Source of the DNA: Saccharolobus solfataricus
GTDB lineage: Archaea; Thermoproteota; Thermoprotei_A; Sulfolobales; Sulfolobaceae
Reading direction: 5' to 3'
Length of the DNA: 32,000 nucleotides
Assembly (NCBI RefSeq): GCF_900079115.1
Contig: NZ_LT549890.1
Location: 2,460,001-2,492,000 of the forward strand
Shown: one piece after another, positions 1-11,756 of the stretch
How the letters are laid out: every line of letters starts with the position of its first letter
Numbering within the stretch: position 1 is the stretch's first letter
Translations under genes and position numbers: made by a program
The notes under the pieces: model-generated
Database searches by the model: none
The model's input: only the letters and a program-made list of their open reading frames with translations
What the model was told of the DNA's origin: nothing

Positions 1-649
1 GTGTAAAAGCATAATGTCTAGTCTCATCTACAGTTAAATTTCTAAACGCGTCCTTAAATGTGGGTATTTTAGTCTTATCCTTCATTCCACTAAATACTGT
101 TGTAGCCGCAGCTTCACCCATCATAAAAGATGTAAATAGAATATCCAGAGTGTATTTATTATAAGCTTCAATATAACCTTTCCAATACCTAGAACCGTTC
201 CACCAAACCCACTCAACGTTTAGCTTAGCCTTCCTTTCCAAATCATCTTGTGGTTTAAAATTAAAGGGAAATCCTTTCATTGCCTTATCTATTGCAAATC
301 CACACAGCACATTATGTCTATTCTCATCAAATGTTATCGTCGTTAGGAGGGCTTTTATGGTTACTGGTAATCTTTTTTCACTAGCTTTTACTAATGCGTA
401 AGCGAAAACCGGTGTCGCGTTATCGAAGTTAGATAACAGAGCCCACCAATAGGCCAACGCTAATCTCTGTTTTCTATCAAGGCCAGATATTATTTCCTCG
501 TATTTTTTCCAGTCTAAATCTTCCTCATCCCATTGCTCCTTTTTGGCCCTCCTATAAAGTCTCATAGCTTTCTCGTTATCAAACTCCCATGCGGGTGGAT
601 AGACATTATCCTCAGGATATATTGGATCATCATTATAATTTATATCCAT
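1..649 (-). CDS. Ferritin-like / R2-like di-iron carboxylate protein (N-terminal ~216 aa; 3' end runs off the window)
   Basis: Not in the supplied track because there is no stop in the window. My own minus-strand translation from ATG 649-647 gives MDINYNDDPIYPEDNVYPPAWEFDNEKAMRLYRRAKKEQWDEEDLDW...ITFDENRHNV...MMGEAAATTVF...LTVDETRHYAFT, open to position 1. Two ExxH motifs (DENRH, DETRH) with an intervening Glu fit di-iron four-helix-bundle ligands. GGTGG lies 4 nt upstream of the ATG. Confidence 0.6.
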   Translation of the reverse strand, partial: MDINYNDDPIYPEDNVYPPAWEFDNEKAMRLYRRAKKEQWDEEDLDWKKYEEIISGLDRKQRLALAYWWALLSNFDNATPVFAYALVKASEKRLPVTIKALLTTITFDENRHNVLCGFAIDKAMKGFPFNFKPQDDLERKAKLNVEWVWWNGSRYWKGYIEAYNKYTLDILFTSFMMGEAAATTVFSGMKDKTKIPTFKDAFRNLTVDETRHYAFT

Positions 650-758
650 GTATCCACCATATATATGTTATTGATTCAAATATATAAGCTTTTCCAGACA
701 CTTAAAAAAAATGAAGATTAAGTAAACTATAAGATAAGAATAGAAATTAGGTTCTCCT

Positions 759-1124
759 CTAATTATCCAGATGGTATACTAAAGCAGTAACGTAAGCCAC
801 GAGCTTTCCATCTTCATTTTTTACAATTATCCTATAAAGGGAAGTAGTTTTTCCGCTGCTTTCCTCAAATGCTTCTGCTATTACTTTCTCTCCTTCTTTT
901 ACCGGCCTTCTAAAATCGATATCCATATGTAAGGCTACTGAATCACGAGAGAAGTTACTAATGTATTCGAAAGCTGCATCAGCGATGGCGAAAATAAAAG
1001 AACCATGGGCGGTGTTATGTAAGTTTAAGAAATCTTTAGCCACAACTCCAGAAACCCTAGCGTAACCTTCCCTTATCTCCTCCAATTCTATGTTAAGAAA
1101 TTTAAGAAAAGGACTCTCTTTCAT
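759..1124 (-). CDS. Hotdog-fold acyl-CoA thioesterase, PaaI/4HBT-like
   Basis: 121 aa. The size and the pattern ...NLHNTAHGSFIFAIADAAF...GKLVA..TALVY are typical of PaaI-family thioesterases. It starts 3 nt after the upstream crotonase stop, on the same strand. Confidence 0.7.
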   Translation of the reverse strand: MKESPFLKFLNIELEEIREGYARVSGVVAKDFLNLHNTAHGSFIFAIADAAFEYISNFSRDSVALHMDIDFRRPVKEGEKVIAEAFEESSGKTTSLYRIIVKNEDGKLVAYVTALVYHLDN

Positions 1125-1127
1125 TAT

Positions 1128-1877
1128 TTAAACTCCCTTAAATTTAGGCTCTCTTTTCTCTTTGAATGATGATATACCTTCCTTAAAGTCCTCAGTTTTT
1201 CCTAAATAACCTTGTATGGCGGATTCGTACTCTAAAAACCTTTCTAGATCATTATACAATACTAAATTAGCCATTCTCTTTCCAGCAATATAAGACTGGA
1301 ATGGACCATTTAGGATTTTATTAGCCATTTCCTCAGCGTCGTAAAGTGGATTTTCCGATATCTTCAACAATCCCCATCTCTCGGCATCCTCTGCAGTAAA
1401 TTCCCCTCCTAGGACAGCAATCTCATAGGCTCTTTGATCTCTAGTCAGCTTCAAAAGGAAGTACGCTACTCCAGTGTCTGAAGCTAATCCAAGTCTTTGA
1501 AATGCAGTAACGAATTTGACTTCACGCTTAGCGAATTTGAAATCTGTAGATAAGCTTATCCCTATACAAGCTCCAGCTGTAACACCATTTATTGCAGCTA
1601 TGTAAATTTTATCTGAAAAACGTATCTCCCTAATTATTGGATAAAACGTCTCCCGTAAGTCTATCGTAAAATCTGGGGCGAACTCATTTACGTCAGCCCC
1701 TACGCAGAATGCCCTTCCTTCACCAGTCAGTATTACAGTTCTAATTTTCGGATTAGCGTTAATTTCTTTAAGTTTTGATATCAGTTCATTTCTCATTTCC
1801 AAGTTCAACGCGTTTAATTTATCAGCTCTACTTATTGTAACTACTACGTACCCATCTTTATTATCTACTTTTATCAT
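1128..1877 (-). CDS. Enoyl-CoA hydratase/isomerase (crotonase family)
   Basis: 249 aa. Crotonase oxyanion-hole motif GEGRAFCVGADV. Overlaps the upstream crotonase gene by 17 nt. Confidence 0.85.
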   Translation of the reverse strand: MIKVDNKDGYVVVTISRADKLNALNLEMRNELISKLKEINANPKIRTVILTGEGRAFCVGADVNEFAPDFTIDLRETFYPIIREIRFSDKIYIAAINGVTAGACIGISLSTDFKFAKREVKFVTAFQRLGLASDTGVAYFLLKLTRDQRAYEIAVLGGEFTAEDAERWGLLKISENPLYDAEEMANKILNGPFQSYIAGKRMANLVLYNDLERFLEYESAIQGYLGKTEDFKEGISSFKEKREPKFKGV

Positions 1878-2640
1878 TCTCCCACCTAGGTTTTCTCTTC
1901 TCTAAAAACGCTCTCATACCTTCTTTAGCCTCTTTTGTATTTAAAGCCAAATAGAAATTCCTTCTTTCGAAGTCTAATCCTTGCTGTAGTAAAGTATCCC
2001 AGGCTCTAGCAACTGCCTCTTTAGCTAAAATTATAGATATTATTGGCTTTTCAGCTATTTCCCTCGCTAGTCTAATTGCCTCATCAATTAGTGAGTTATC
2101 TGGTACTACCTTATTTACTAGTCCATATCTTTCAGCTTCTTTAGAGTCTATTAATTTCCCAGTAAGCACTAGTTCCATTGCCTTATACTTTCCTAATACT
2201 CTAGTTAATCTCTGAGTACCTCCTGCTCCTGGCATAATACCTAAATTTATTTCTGGTTGACCCAGTTTTGCGGATTCTGAGGCAATTATAATATCACATG
2301 CCATTGCTAATTCTAGCCCTCCTCCGGCTGTGATACCGTTTAACGCAGCTATAACTGGTTTTTTAAACGTTCTCAACTTTTCCCATAAAGGCATATGACC
2401 CTTTTTCATTATTTCCTCAAGGGGCGTTTCTAGCATCTCTTTAACGTCTGCCCCTGCCGAAAACGCTTTTCCATTCCCAGTTATTATTACGACTTTAATC
2501 TTGTCATCATTATCTAACTTGTTCAAGACATCAACTAATTCATCAACCATTTGGAAGTTGATTGCATTTAACTTATCTGGTCTGTTAAGTTTTATAATTC
2601 CTATATTATCTATAACTTCTATTTGTATTGTACTATACAT
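1861..2640 (-). CDS. Enoyl-CoA hydratase (crotonase family)
   Basis: Motifs GNGKAFSAGADV and ALNGITAGGGLELAMACD. The track ORF starts at 2661, but the ATG at 2640 (MYSTIQIEV...) is preceded by GGTGA about 10 nt upstream, so I prefer 2640. Confidence 0.85.
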   Translation of the reverse strand: MYSTIQIEVIDNIGIIKLNRPDKLNAINFQMVDELVDVLNKLDNDDKIKVVIITGNGKAFSAGADVKEMLETPLEEIMKKGHMPLWEKLRTFKKPVIAALNGITAGGGLELAMACDIIIASESAKLGQPEINLGIMPGAGGTQRLTRVLGKYKAMELVLTGKLIDSKEAERYGLVNKVVPDNSLIDEAIRLAREIAEKPIISIILAKEAVARAWDTLLQQGLDFERRNFYLALNTKEAKEGMRAFLEKRKPRWENDKSR

Positions 2641-2722
2641 ATATATGTAATTCACCTGCATATAGTACTATTCGCAAAAGTTTATATAGTTTAGTATTGT
2701 AAGAAATCATGGTTAATCCAAT

Positions 2723-3886
2723 ATGACAAGAAGGGTAGCTGTAATAGGAGTAGGTAATTCGAAGTTCGGGAGAAGAGATGACGTTTCTATTCAAGAGTTA
2801 GCCTGGGAATCTATTAAAGAAGCGTTGAATGATAGTGGTGTATCTCAAAGTGATATAGGACTAGTGGTTATAGGTAGCACTGCCTATAGAGGTATTGAAT
2901 TATACCCTGCTCCAATCGTTGCTGAGTATTCTGGACTAACAGGCAAAGTTCCTCTACGCGTTGAGGCAATGTGCGCTACAGGATTAGCTGCAGCCTTATC
3001 CGCATATACTGCAGTAGCTTCAGGTTTAGTTGATATTGCTATGGCAGTAGGAGTTGATAAGATGACTGAAGTTGACACCTCAACATCGTTAGCAATAGGC
3101 GGAAGAGGGGGTAATTATCAGTGGGAATATCATTTCTATGGGACCACATTCCCAACTTATTACGCACTTTATGCAACAAGACATATGGCAGTTTTTGGCA
3201 CAACTGAGGAGCAAATGGCTCTAGTTTCGGTAAAGGCGCATAAGTATGGTTCAATGAACCCTAAAGCTCACTTTCAAAAACCGGTTACCGTAGAAGAAGT
3301 TCTCAAGTCCAGAGTAATCTCTTGGCCAATAAAGTTACTTGACTCTTGTCCAATAAGTGATGGTTCCGCCACTGCAGTATTTGCATCGGAGGAGAAAGTG
3401 AAGGAGTTGAAGATTGATTCTCCAGTTTGGATAACTGGAATTGGTTATGCGAATGATTACGCTTATGTTGCAAGAAGAGGAGAATGGGTGGGATTTAAGG
3501 CAACTCAGTTAGCTGCAAGGCAAGCTTATGAGATGGCTAAGGTAACTCCTAATGATATAGAAGTAGCTACGGTACATGACGCGTTTACAATAGCTGAGAT
3601 AATGGGATATGAGGATTTAGGTTTTACCGAAAAGGGAAAAGGAGGCAAGTTTATAGAAGAGGGGCAAAGCGAGAAAGGTGGAAAAGTAGGAGTAAATCTA
3701 TTTGGTGGTCTAAAAGCTAAGGGGCATCCATTAGGAGCTACTGGACTTTCTATGATTTATGAGATAACTAAACAATTGAGAGATGAAGCTGACAAATTAC
3801 AACAACCCCTTAAGAAGTATATTGGGCTTGTTCACAATGTAGGTGGCACAGGTCACTTTGCATATGTTATGATTCTAAGAAGGTGA
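2723..3886 (+). CDS. Thiolase-like acetyl-CoA C-acyltransferase (SCP-x / archaeal type)
   Basis: 387 aa. Nucleophile context VEAMCATGLAA and C-terminal GHPLGATG...NVGGTG. The partner DUF35 gene follows 6 nt downstream. Confidence 0.85.
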   Translation: MTRRVAVIGVGNSKFGRRDDVSIQELAWESIKEALNDSGVSQSDIGLVVIGSTAYRGIELYPAPIVAEYSGLTGKVPLRVEAMCATGLAAALSAYTAVASGLVDIAMAVGVDKMTEVDTSTSLAIGGRGGNYQWEYHFYGTTFPTYYALYATRHMAVFGTTEEQMALVSVKAHKYGSMNPKAHFQKPVTVEEVLKSRVISWPIKLLDSCPISDGSATAVFASEEKVKELKIDSPVWITGIGYANDYAYVARRGEWVGFKATQLAARQAYEMAKVTPNDIEVATVHDAFTIAEIMGYEDLGFTEKGKGGKFIEEGQSEKGGKVGVNLFGGLKAKGHPLGATGLSMIYEITKQLRDEADKLQQPLKKYIGLVHNVGGTGHFAYVMILRR

Positions 3887-3892
3887 CCTTAG

Positions 3893-4279
3893 ATGCAAAT
3901 AGATGCAATACCGTTATCAATAAAATATAAGATCAAATACCCGGACGAATTTATTGAAGCAGTTAAGAGGGGAGAAATTGTAGCTACCAAATGTAAAAAT
4001 TGTGGTTCCGTTTACTTTCCCCCTCAAAAGGATTGTTATAACTGTGGTAAGAATGAGATGGAGTGGATTAAAGTATCTAATGAGGGTGAAATAATGACTT
4101 ATAGTGTAGTATCTCAGAAACCTCAAGGTTTCGAAAATTATGAAGACTACGTTATAGGGATAGTCAAGACAAAGGATGGGATAAATATAATGGCATGGAT
4201 TAAAGGCCAACCTAAGGTCGGTAATAAAGTAAGACTGACTACAGATGGTATGAGGATAATTGGCGAGGTGATAAGATGA
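3893..4279 (+). CDS. DUF35-type Zn-ribbon/OB-fold protein (thiolase partner)
   Basis: 128 aa. Zn ribbon CKNCGSVYFPPQKDCYNCG followed by an OB-like C-terminus. Located immediately after a thiolase gene, as in archaeal thiolase/DUF35 pairs. Confidence 0.8.
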   Translation: MQIDAIPLSIKYKIKYPDEFIEAVKRGEIVATKCKNCGSVYFPPQKDCYNCGKNEMEWIKVSNEGEIMTYSVVSQKPQGFENYEDYVIGIVKTKDGINIMAWIKGQPKVGNKVRLTTDGMRIIGEVIR

Positions 4280-5583
4280 GCGTTAAGTTAACTTATAATG
4301 AGATAGATCCCAAGGCATTAACTAAGGAAGAGATTAAAGAGATCCAGCGATTTAGACTTAGGGGTTTAATTAAAAGAGTTTATGAGAGCTCACCCTACTA
4401 TCATAAGGTGTTTAAAGAAAGGGGATTAACGCCAGATGATATAAGAACTCTAGAGGATTTAGTTAAACTTCCTTTCACCACTAAGGAAGATTTAAGGAGA
4501 TACGCTTATCCACATGGTGGCGATTTCTTAGCAGTTCCCTTTGGAAATTTAGTAGGATGGCATATGACATCAGGAACGACAGGAGTTCCCACAGTAAACG
4601 CTTATACTTGGAGCGATATTGAAATATGGACAAGCCTCGTAGCAAGAAGTCTAGTCACTGCTGGAGTTACAAAGAATGATATTGTTATGAACATTTATGG
4701 GTACGGGTTATTCACTGGTGGGATTGGCTTACATCAAGGTATCCAGAGAATAGGGGCTAAGGTGATACCGTGGAGTACTGGCAGAACTGAAGCTTTAGCT
4801 CGGGCACTAAAGGACTTTAAAGCTACTGTAATAACTGGTACTCCATCTTACGAATTGCTAATAGCTGAAACTTTACGCAAACTAAACATAGATGCTGAGA
4901 AGGAATTGCAACTTAGATTAGCAATCCCCGGTGCTGAAGCAATGTCAAAAGAGATGTTGGAGAGAATTGAGCACGAATTAGGACTAAAGGCTAGAGAAGG
5001 AAGGGCATTAGAAATTTATGGTTTAACCGAGGCTTTAGGGCCAGGAGTTGCACAAGAGTGTCCAGACGATAATCACGAATGGCTACATATATGGACTGAT
5101 CATTATTTGGTTGAGATTATTGATCCAGAGACCGGTGAGAGAATTTCTGAAGATGAAGAAGGGGAAATGGTTATAACTACTCTCAGTAAGGAAGGGATGC
5201 CGTTAATTAGATATAGAACGAGAGATATTACTAGACTTATTGAAAGTGATGATGAAATACCGTTTCCTAAAATAGGAATGTTAAAAGGGAGAGTAGATGA
5301 TGTGATATTCTATAAAGGTGTGAAAGTATTCCCAACTGCTATATCGAATGTTTTAATGTCTTGCGAGGAGGTAAAAGAGTTTCAAATAGTAGTAGATAAG
5401 ACTAATAGGGAGCATAGATTAATAGTTAGAGTAGAAACTGAAAAACCGTCAGAAAAATTAGCTGAAAAACTGATAGAAGAAATTAGAACAGTAGCATTTG
5501 TAACGCCTGAGGTGGAGTTTGTGAGTTTAGGCACACTGCCTAGATTTGAGGGTAAGTCTAAGAGGGTAGTTATTAAAGAGTAA
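4276..5583 (+). CDS. paaK: Phenylacetate-CoA ligase family adenylate-forming enzyme (PaaK / F390-synthetase-like)
   Basis: 435 aa. P-loop-like TSGTTGVPT, then YGLTEALGPG and IRYRTRD, plus a C-terminal EGKSKRV. ATGA start/stop overlap with the DUF35 gene. Confidence 0.75.
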   Translation: MSVKLTYNEIDPKALTKEEIKEIQRFRLRGLIKRVYESSPYYHKVFKERGLTPDDIRTLEDLVKLPFTTKEDLRRYAYPHGGDFLAVPFGNLVGWHMTSGTTGVPTVNAYTWSDIEIWTSLVARSLVTAGVTKNDIVMNIYGYGLFTGGIGLHQGIQRIGAKVIPWSTGRTEALARALKDFKATVITGTPSYELLIAETLRKLNIDAEKELQLRLAIPGAEAMSKEMLERIEHELGLKAREGRALEIYGLTEALGPGVAQECPDDNHEWLHIWTDHYLVEIIDPETGERISEDEEGEMVITTLSKEGMPLIRYRTRDITRLIESDDEIPFPKIGMLKGRVDDVIFYKGVKVFPTAISNVLMSCEEVKEFQIVVDKTNREHRLIVRVETEKPSEKLAEKLIEEIRTVAFVTPEVEFVSLGTLPRFEGKSKRVVIKE

Positions 5584-5639
5584 ATTTATAGTAAACAAGA
5601 ATAGTTAATTTTTAAAACTAGTTAAGAGAAATAAGAAAC

Positions 5640-6002
5640 ATGGCTAAGCTTCTTTTCGTGATAATGGACGATCCAAACAATTTGTCTGAATCCATAAGAG
5701 CTGCTCACGCCTTACACTACGCAGTAGAGCTTAAGAAGGAAGGGCACGAGGTTTACGTTTATTTTGACGGGCTAGGTACCAAAATACCAATATCCGAAAG
5801 TCCTTATAAGGGATTACGACCAGCCTATGAGAGAGCATTAAAAGAGGAAATCATATTAGGTGCATGTGGTTATTGTGCATCTCCACCTCATTTGAATATT
5901 AGAGATAAACTAATTAATTCAATAAAACTAATTGGAGATGAGGAGCATCATTACGCTTTTATTGATTTAATTAACGGAGGTTTCCAGATTATAATTTCAT
6001 GA
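5640..6002 (+). CDS. DsrE/DsrF-like sulfur-relay family protein
   Basis: 120 aa. Begins with a beta-strand (KLLFVIMDDP) and carries a Cys pair GACGYCASPP in the position typical of DsrE-type proteins. Context: tusA-like gene downstream. Confidence 0.55.
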   Translation: MAKLLFVIMDDPNNLSESIRAAHALHYAVELKKEGHEVYVYFDGLGTKIPISESPYKGLRPAYERALKEEIILGACGYCASPPHLNIRDKLINSIKLIGDEEHHYAFIDLINGGFQIIIS

Positions 6003-6171
6003 TGTAGTTTTGTGTATAATTATATACAGTATAGACATACTTTAATTTTAAAACATTTGTAATTTTAGGTATAACTAAATTAAGTAATAACATTCTTGAA
6101 AAAATATATTGTTGAAATAAACGTAATATTTATAAAGTATGAATGTAACATAGAATATAGGTGAGTAAAAA

Positions 6172-6405
6172 GTGAGTAGTCTTAAGATATATAAGGAATT
6201 GGATTTGACTAGTTCTTCGTGTGCTGGGCCTATTGGTGAGTTGTCCAGTGTTATTGATGAGTTGAGGGATGGCGAGGCTGTTAAGGTCATTTTGGGTGAT
6301 GAGGCCACTAAGAAGGACATTACTTTGTGGAGTAAGAAGAAGGGCTTGAAAATAGTACAAGAGTCGCAAGAGGGAAGCAAGTACGTATTATTAATAAGCA
6401 AATAG
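6172..6405 (+). CDS. tusA: TusA/SirA-like sulfur carrier
   Basis: 77 aa with a GTG start preceded by GGTGAG. Single Cys in LDLTSSSCAGPIGEL, which is the TusA CPxP position but reads C-A-G-P here. C-terminal pattern ...DITLWSKKKGLKIV is typical of TusA. Confidence 0.7.
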   Translation: MSSLKIYKELDLTSSSCAGPIGELSSVIDELRDGEAVKVILGDEATKKDITLWSKKKGLKIVQESQEGSKYVLLISK

Positions 6406-6417
6406 GAGATGAGGTAA

Positions 6418-7575
<1,158 letters not shown>

Positions 7576-7576
7576 C

Positions 7577-9084
<1,508 letters not shown>

Positions 9085-9085
9085 G

Positions 9086-9102
9086 TTTTTTTCCTAATTT
9101 TT
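9086..9102 (+). terminator. T-tract candidate archaeal terminator
   Basis: T7 (9086-9092) and T5 (9098-9102) lie immediately after the stop at 9084. Oligo-T tracts are the usual archaeal termination signal. Confidence 0.35.
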
Positions 9103-9153
9103 CTAACTCTATTGATCACAAAATATTTAAGAAATGTTTTGAAATAGAGGCTT

Positions 9154-9507
9154 ATGAGAATAGCTTTAACATATGATAAGTCCCAAGAATTAAAACCTTT
9201 AGATCAAGCGGAAATTATAGGGATAATTGATGAGGAGAAAAGGGAAGTTGAACAATATGAGAACCCTGGAATAGGTAGTAAGGAAGCTACGATGTCAGTA
9301 ATTCTGGATTTAAATGCAGATGCAATAGTGGTAGGTCCAAAGTTCTTGTGTCCAGGTTCTTATATGATGTCATATGGTAGACTAAGATACATTCCTACAA
9401 AGTATGGGAATCTCAAGGATGTATTAGAGCATTTAGAGGAGATAAAGAAGAACATGAAGGAAGAATTGGAAGAAGAAATGTATGCAGAAGAAATGGAAGA
9501 GTTTTAA
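9154..9507 (+). CDS. Small NifX/NifB-C-terminal-like (dinitrogenase FeMo-cofactor-biosynthesis-domain-like) protein, acidic tail
   Basis: 117 aa. The pattern MRIAL....(beta)...IIGIID.....E.YENPG....A...IL.L.ADAIVVG resembles that domain family. The call rests on pattern resemblance only. Glu-rich C-terminus. Confidence 0.35.
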   Translation: MRIALTYDKSQELKPLDQAEIIGIIDEEKREVEQYENPGIGSKEATMSVILDLNADAIVVGPKFLCPGSYMMSYGRLRYIPTKYGNLKDVLEHLEEIKKNMKEELEEEMYAEEMEEF

Positions 9508-9740
9508 TCGTTAAATAATTTGTAGCATTCGTCTATCTCATATACGGAGTATATTCTTTCTCGTGCATCATCTAAACAAGGTAATGTTTTTATTAGACCT
9601 TTTTCCCTAAGTATTCTTAGCGCGTATCTTAACGTGCGTGTTGGTAATTTAGTTTGATCTTGTAATTCTTTGAATCTAATCACCTTCTTTTCCAATATAA
9701 CCTTCAATACAAGTTTTGCTGAGGGCGGGAGTTTTTCCAC
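9504..9740 (-). CDS. Small winged-helix DNA-binding protein
   Basis: 78 aa. LVLKVILEKKVIRFKELQDQTKLPTRTLRYALRILREKGLI is a classic wHTH. Its stop overlaps the convergent 9154-9507 stop (TTAA). Confidence 0.6.
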   Translation of the reverse strand: MEKLPPSAKLVLKVILEKKVIRFKELQDQTKLPTRTLRYALRILREKGLIKTLPCLDDARERIYSVYEIDECYKLFND

Positions 9741-9796
9741 ATTTTATCTTTTTACTCATATTTCTTAAGACTTTCGCTATGTGCAAATAAGTAGTT

Positions 9797-10219
9797 TTAT
9801 CCCAAATTTTTGGTTAGTAACTTATACCACAATGTACCATTATCATCCATTCCTTTTTCAATTTCATAACCCATTATCATCCATAATTCTATTCCACCTA
9901 ACATATTGTAGACTTTTACTTCTTTAAATAAAGAAGGTTCAGTATAAACAAGCCATGTGGATCTATTGGCGTGTTCGCATATAATTGCTACACCATTTTT
10001 AACTAAATTATTTTTGCTTAATACCAACGGAAATAACTCTTTAAAGTAGTCTAAAGGTAGTAATATTGACCCTGGTATATGATGGTCTTCGTATTCCCAA
10101 GGTTGCCTGACATCAATTAGCGTAATTGCCTTATTCTTGACTAGTTTCCTAATTACTGATGGTGGTACGTTTTGTATGTTTGGATAAAAAGGAGACCTTC
10201 TCTCGGTTATTAACATCAT
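9797..10219 (-). CDS. Single-domain rhodanese-like sulfurtransferase
   Basis: 140 aa. LIDVRQPWEYEDHHIPGSILLP plus the active-site loop CEHANRS. Confidence 0.8.
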   Translation of the reverse strand: MMLITERRSPFYPNIQNVPPSVIRKLVKNKAITLIDVRQPWEYEDHHIPGSILLPLDYFKELFPLVLSKNNLVKNGVAIICEHANRSTWLVYTEPSLFKEVKVYNMLGGIELWMIMGYEIEKGMDDNGTLWYKLLTKNLG

Positions 10220-10361
10220 AATCTAAACCTTTTATTGAGAATTTAAATTTGTTGAAATTTTAGATCTTCAAAACTACTTTTATTTAAAATGAAATTTACA
10301 AAAAATGCATAAACATTATGATAGCTAACTTTTTATTTTCTTAGGAGAATATGCTAACTTG

Positions 10362-11756
10362 ATGGCTATTGATAAGCTGATTGATAAATTTAGAGTTAAT
10401 TTAGATAAGTACAAAAAAATGGGATTGAATCCGCTATCGCTTGCTACAGGATGTGCAGTAAAAGTAGATTTAATAGACACAGTTTACCCAGCTATACGGA
10501 AGATAAGAGACGAATTGGTGAAAAGAAATATAGAAATATTACCTAGAGAAGATGCTGACATTTTCGTAAGTAGAGAGAAGATTTACATAAAGAGAGTGAT
10601 TAACGGCGGAGAGTTTGACGCAGATAGAGCCGTTAGCCTTATTCAGGTTAACCAAGAGACATCAGGGAATCCTGATAAGTTTGCTGAGTTCCTATTGAAA
10701 GTTTACACTTCGATAAAAACTACTAGAAAGCTCACAATAGGTAAAGGTCATTCAATAGTTACCTCAAATCCTAAGGGTGAAGTGGCAGTATTAGATCTAT
10801 TCAGACTAGAAGGAGGAAAGGAGAGATCTTACACTGTTGCAAATAACGACACTATTCAAATAGTAGATCCTTTGGATGACCCTGGATCTCAGATGCAAGT
10901 TGATGTGGCTATTTCCAATTCTTTAAATGACCTTTTTACTAAGGGTGTTTTTCAAGATTTAAGGATGATTCCGGTCGTTGATGCTCCAATGGATGATCTA
11001 AAGGAACAATTGCTGAAAAACGCTGAAAATTATTCTAGGGAATATTCAATTGAATTATTAAGCGATGTTCAACCTAATTCCAAAACATTAATGATAGGAG
11101 CTACTGTAATAGGTAAGTCCGATCATGAATTACCAACATATTACAATAGGGTTAATGAAAACATGGAAATCCTAGTGACCAGACCAGTTGGTGAATTAAC
11201 GCCAATAAATGTGTTTATGTGGATGCTGACTGTTCCCGAGTTAATAGAAGATATGGAAGCTAGGGGAATTACTATACAGAGAGTAGAAGAAGCTAAGAGA
11301 AAAGCCCTAATGTACATGAGGAAACCTAATAATGAAGTAGCTAAAATTATATACGATCATCTACCACCCTTTGGAGGCTCATTTGACGAAAATTCTCATA
11401 TAGCCATGACTACTGATGTTACCGGTCCAGGATTATTTGTAATAAAGGAATTTGCTGAAAAGGCACAAGTAGATGTGGAGTTGTTTGATATCCCAGTAAT
11501 AGATCCGGATATACATGAGTTCGCCACCGAGAATTTTATCATACCAAATTCTACTGCAGGGACAAACGGAGCCATAGTTATTTTCGCTCATAAGAGAGTT
11601 ATAGATGAAATTTTCGATGAATTGAAAAGGAAGTCGCAAGAACCTTATATCATAGGTAAGGTTACTGGGAAAGGAAATGGTACCGTTATAGTCCCACCAA
11701 CTATTACAAAGTACATTCATAGAAATAATGTGTTAAGACAGTTCAAAATAAGGTGA
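10362..11756 (+). CDS. Selenophosphate-synthetase-related (SelD-like) PurM/AIR-synthase superfamily protein
   Basis: N-terminal LATGCAVKV has the same Cys-x2-Lys spacing as E. coli SelD GAGCGCK (C17/K20). [29 protein letters not shown] aligns to Sel[43 protein letters not shown] aligns to AMTDVTGFGLL, and [12 protein letters not shown] to DPQTSGGLLLAV. The track starts at TTG 10359; the ATG at 10362 is more likely. Confidence 0.6.
   Translation: MAIDKLIDKFRVNLDKYKKMGLNPLSLATGCAVKVDLIDTVYPAIRKIRDELVKRNIEILPREDADIFVSREKIYIKRVINGGEFDADRAVSLIQVNQETSGNPDKFAEFLLKVYTSIKTTRKLTIGKGHSIVTSNPKGEVAVLDLFRLEGGKERSYTVANNDTIQIVDPLDDPGSQMQVDVAISNSLNDLFTKGVFQDLRMIPVVDAPMDDLKEQLLKNAENYSREYSIELLSDVQPNSKTLMIGATVIGKSDHELPTYYNRVNENMEILVTRPVGELTPINVFMWMLTVPELIEDMEARGITIQRVEEAKRKALMYMRKPNNEVAKIIYDHLPPFGGSFDENSHIAMTTDVTGPGLFVIKEFAEKAQVDVELFDIPVIDPDIHEFATENFIIPNSTAGTNGAIVIFAHKRVIDEIFDELKRKSQEPYIIGKVTGKGNGTVIVPPTITKYIHRNNVLRQFKIR

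Noticed and set aside
533-721. 62-aa plus-strand ORF from the track
   Set aside because: It lies antisense to the well-supported di-iron protein ORF (1-649, minus). Its sequence is Ile/Leu-rich and low-complexity with no motif.
2884-4210. Minus-strand track ORFs 2884-3078, 3039-3254 and 3917-4210
   Set aside because: They lie antisense inside the thiolase and DUF35 genes, which have clear family motifs. Their composition is typical of shadow ORFs.
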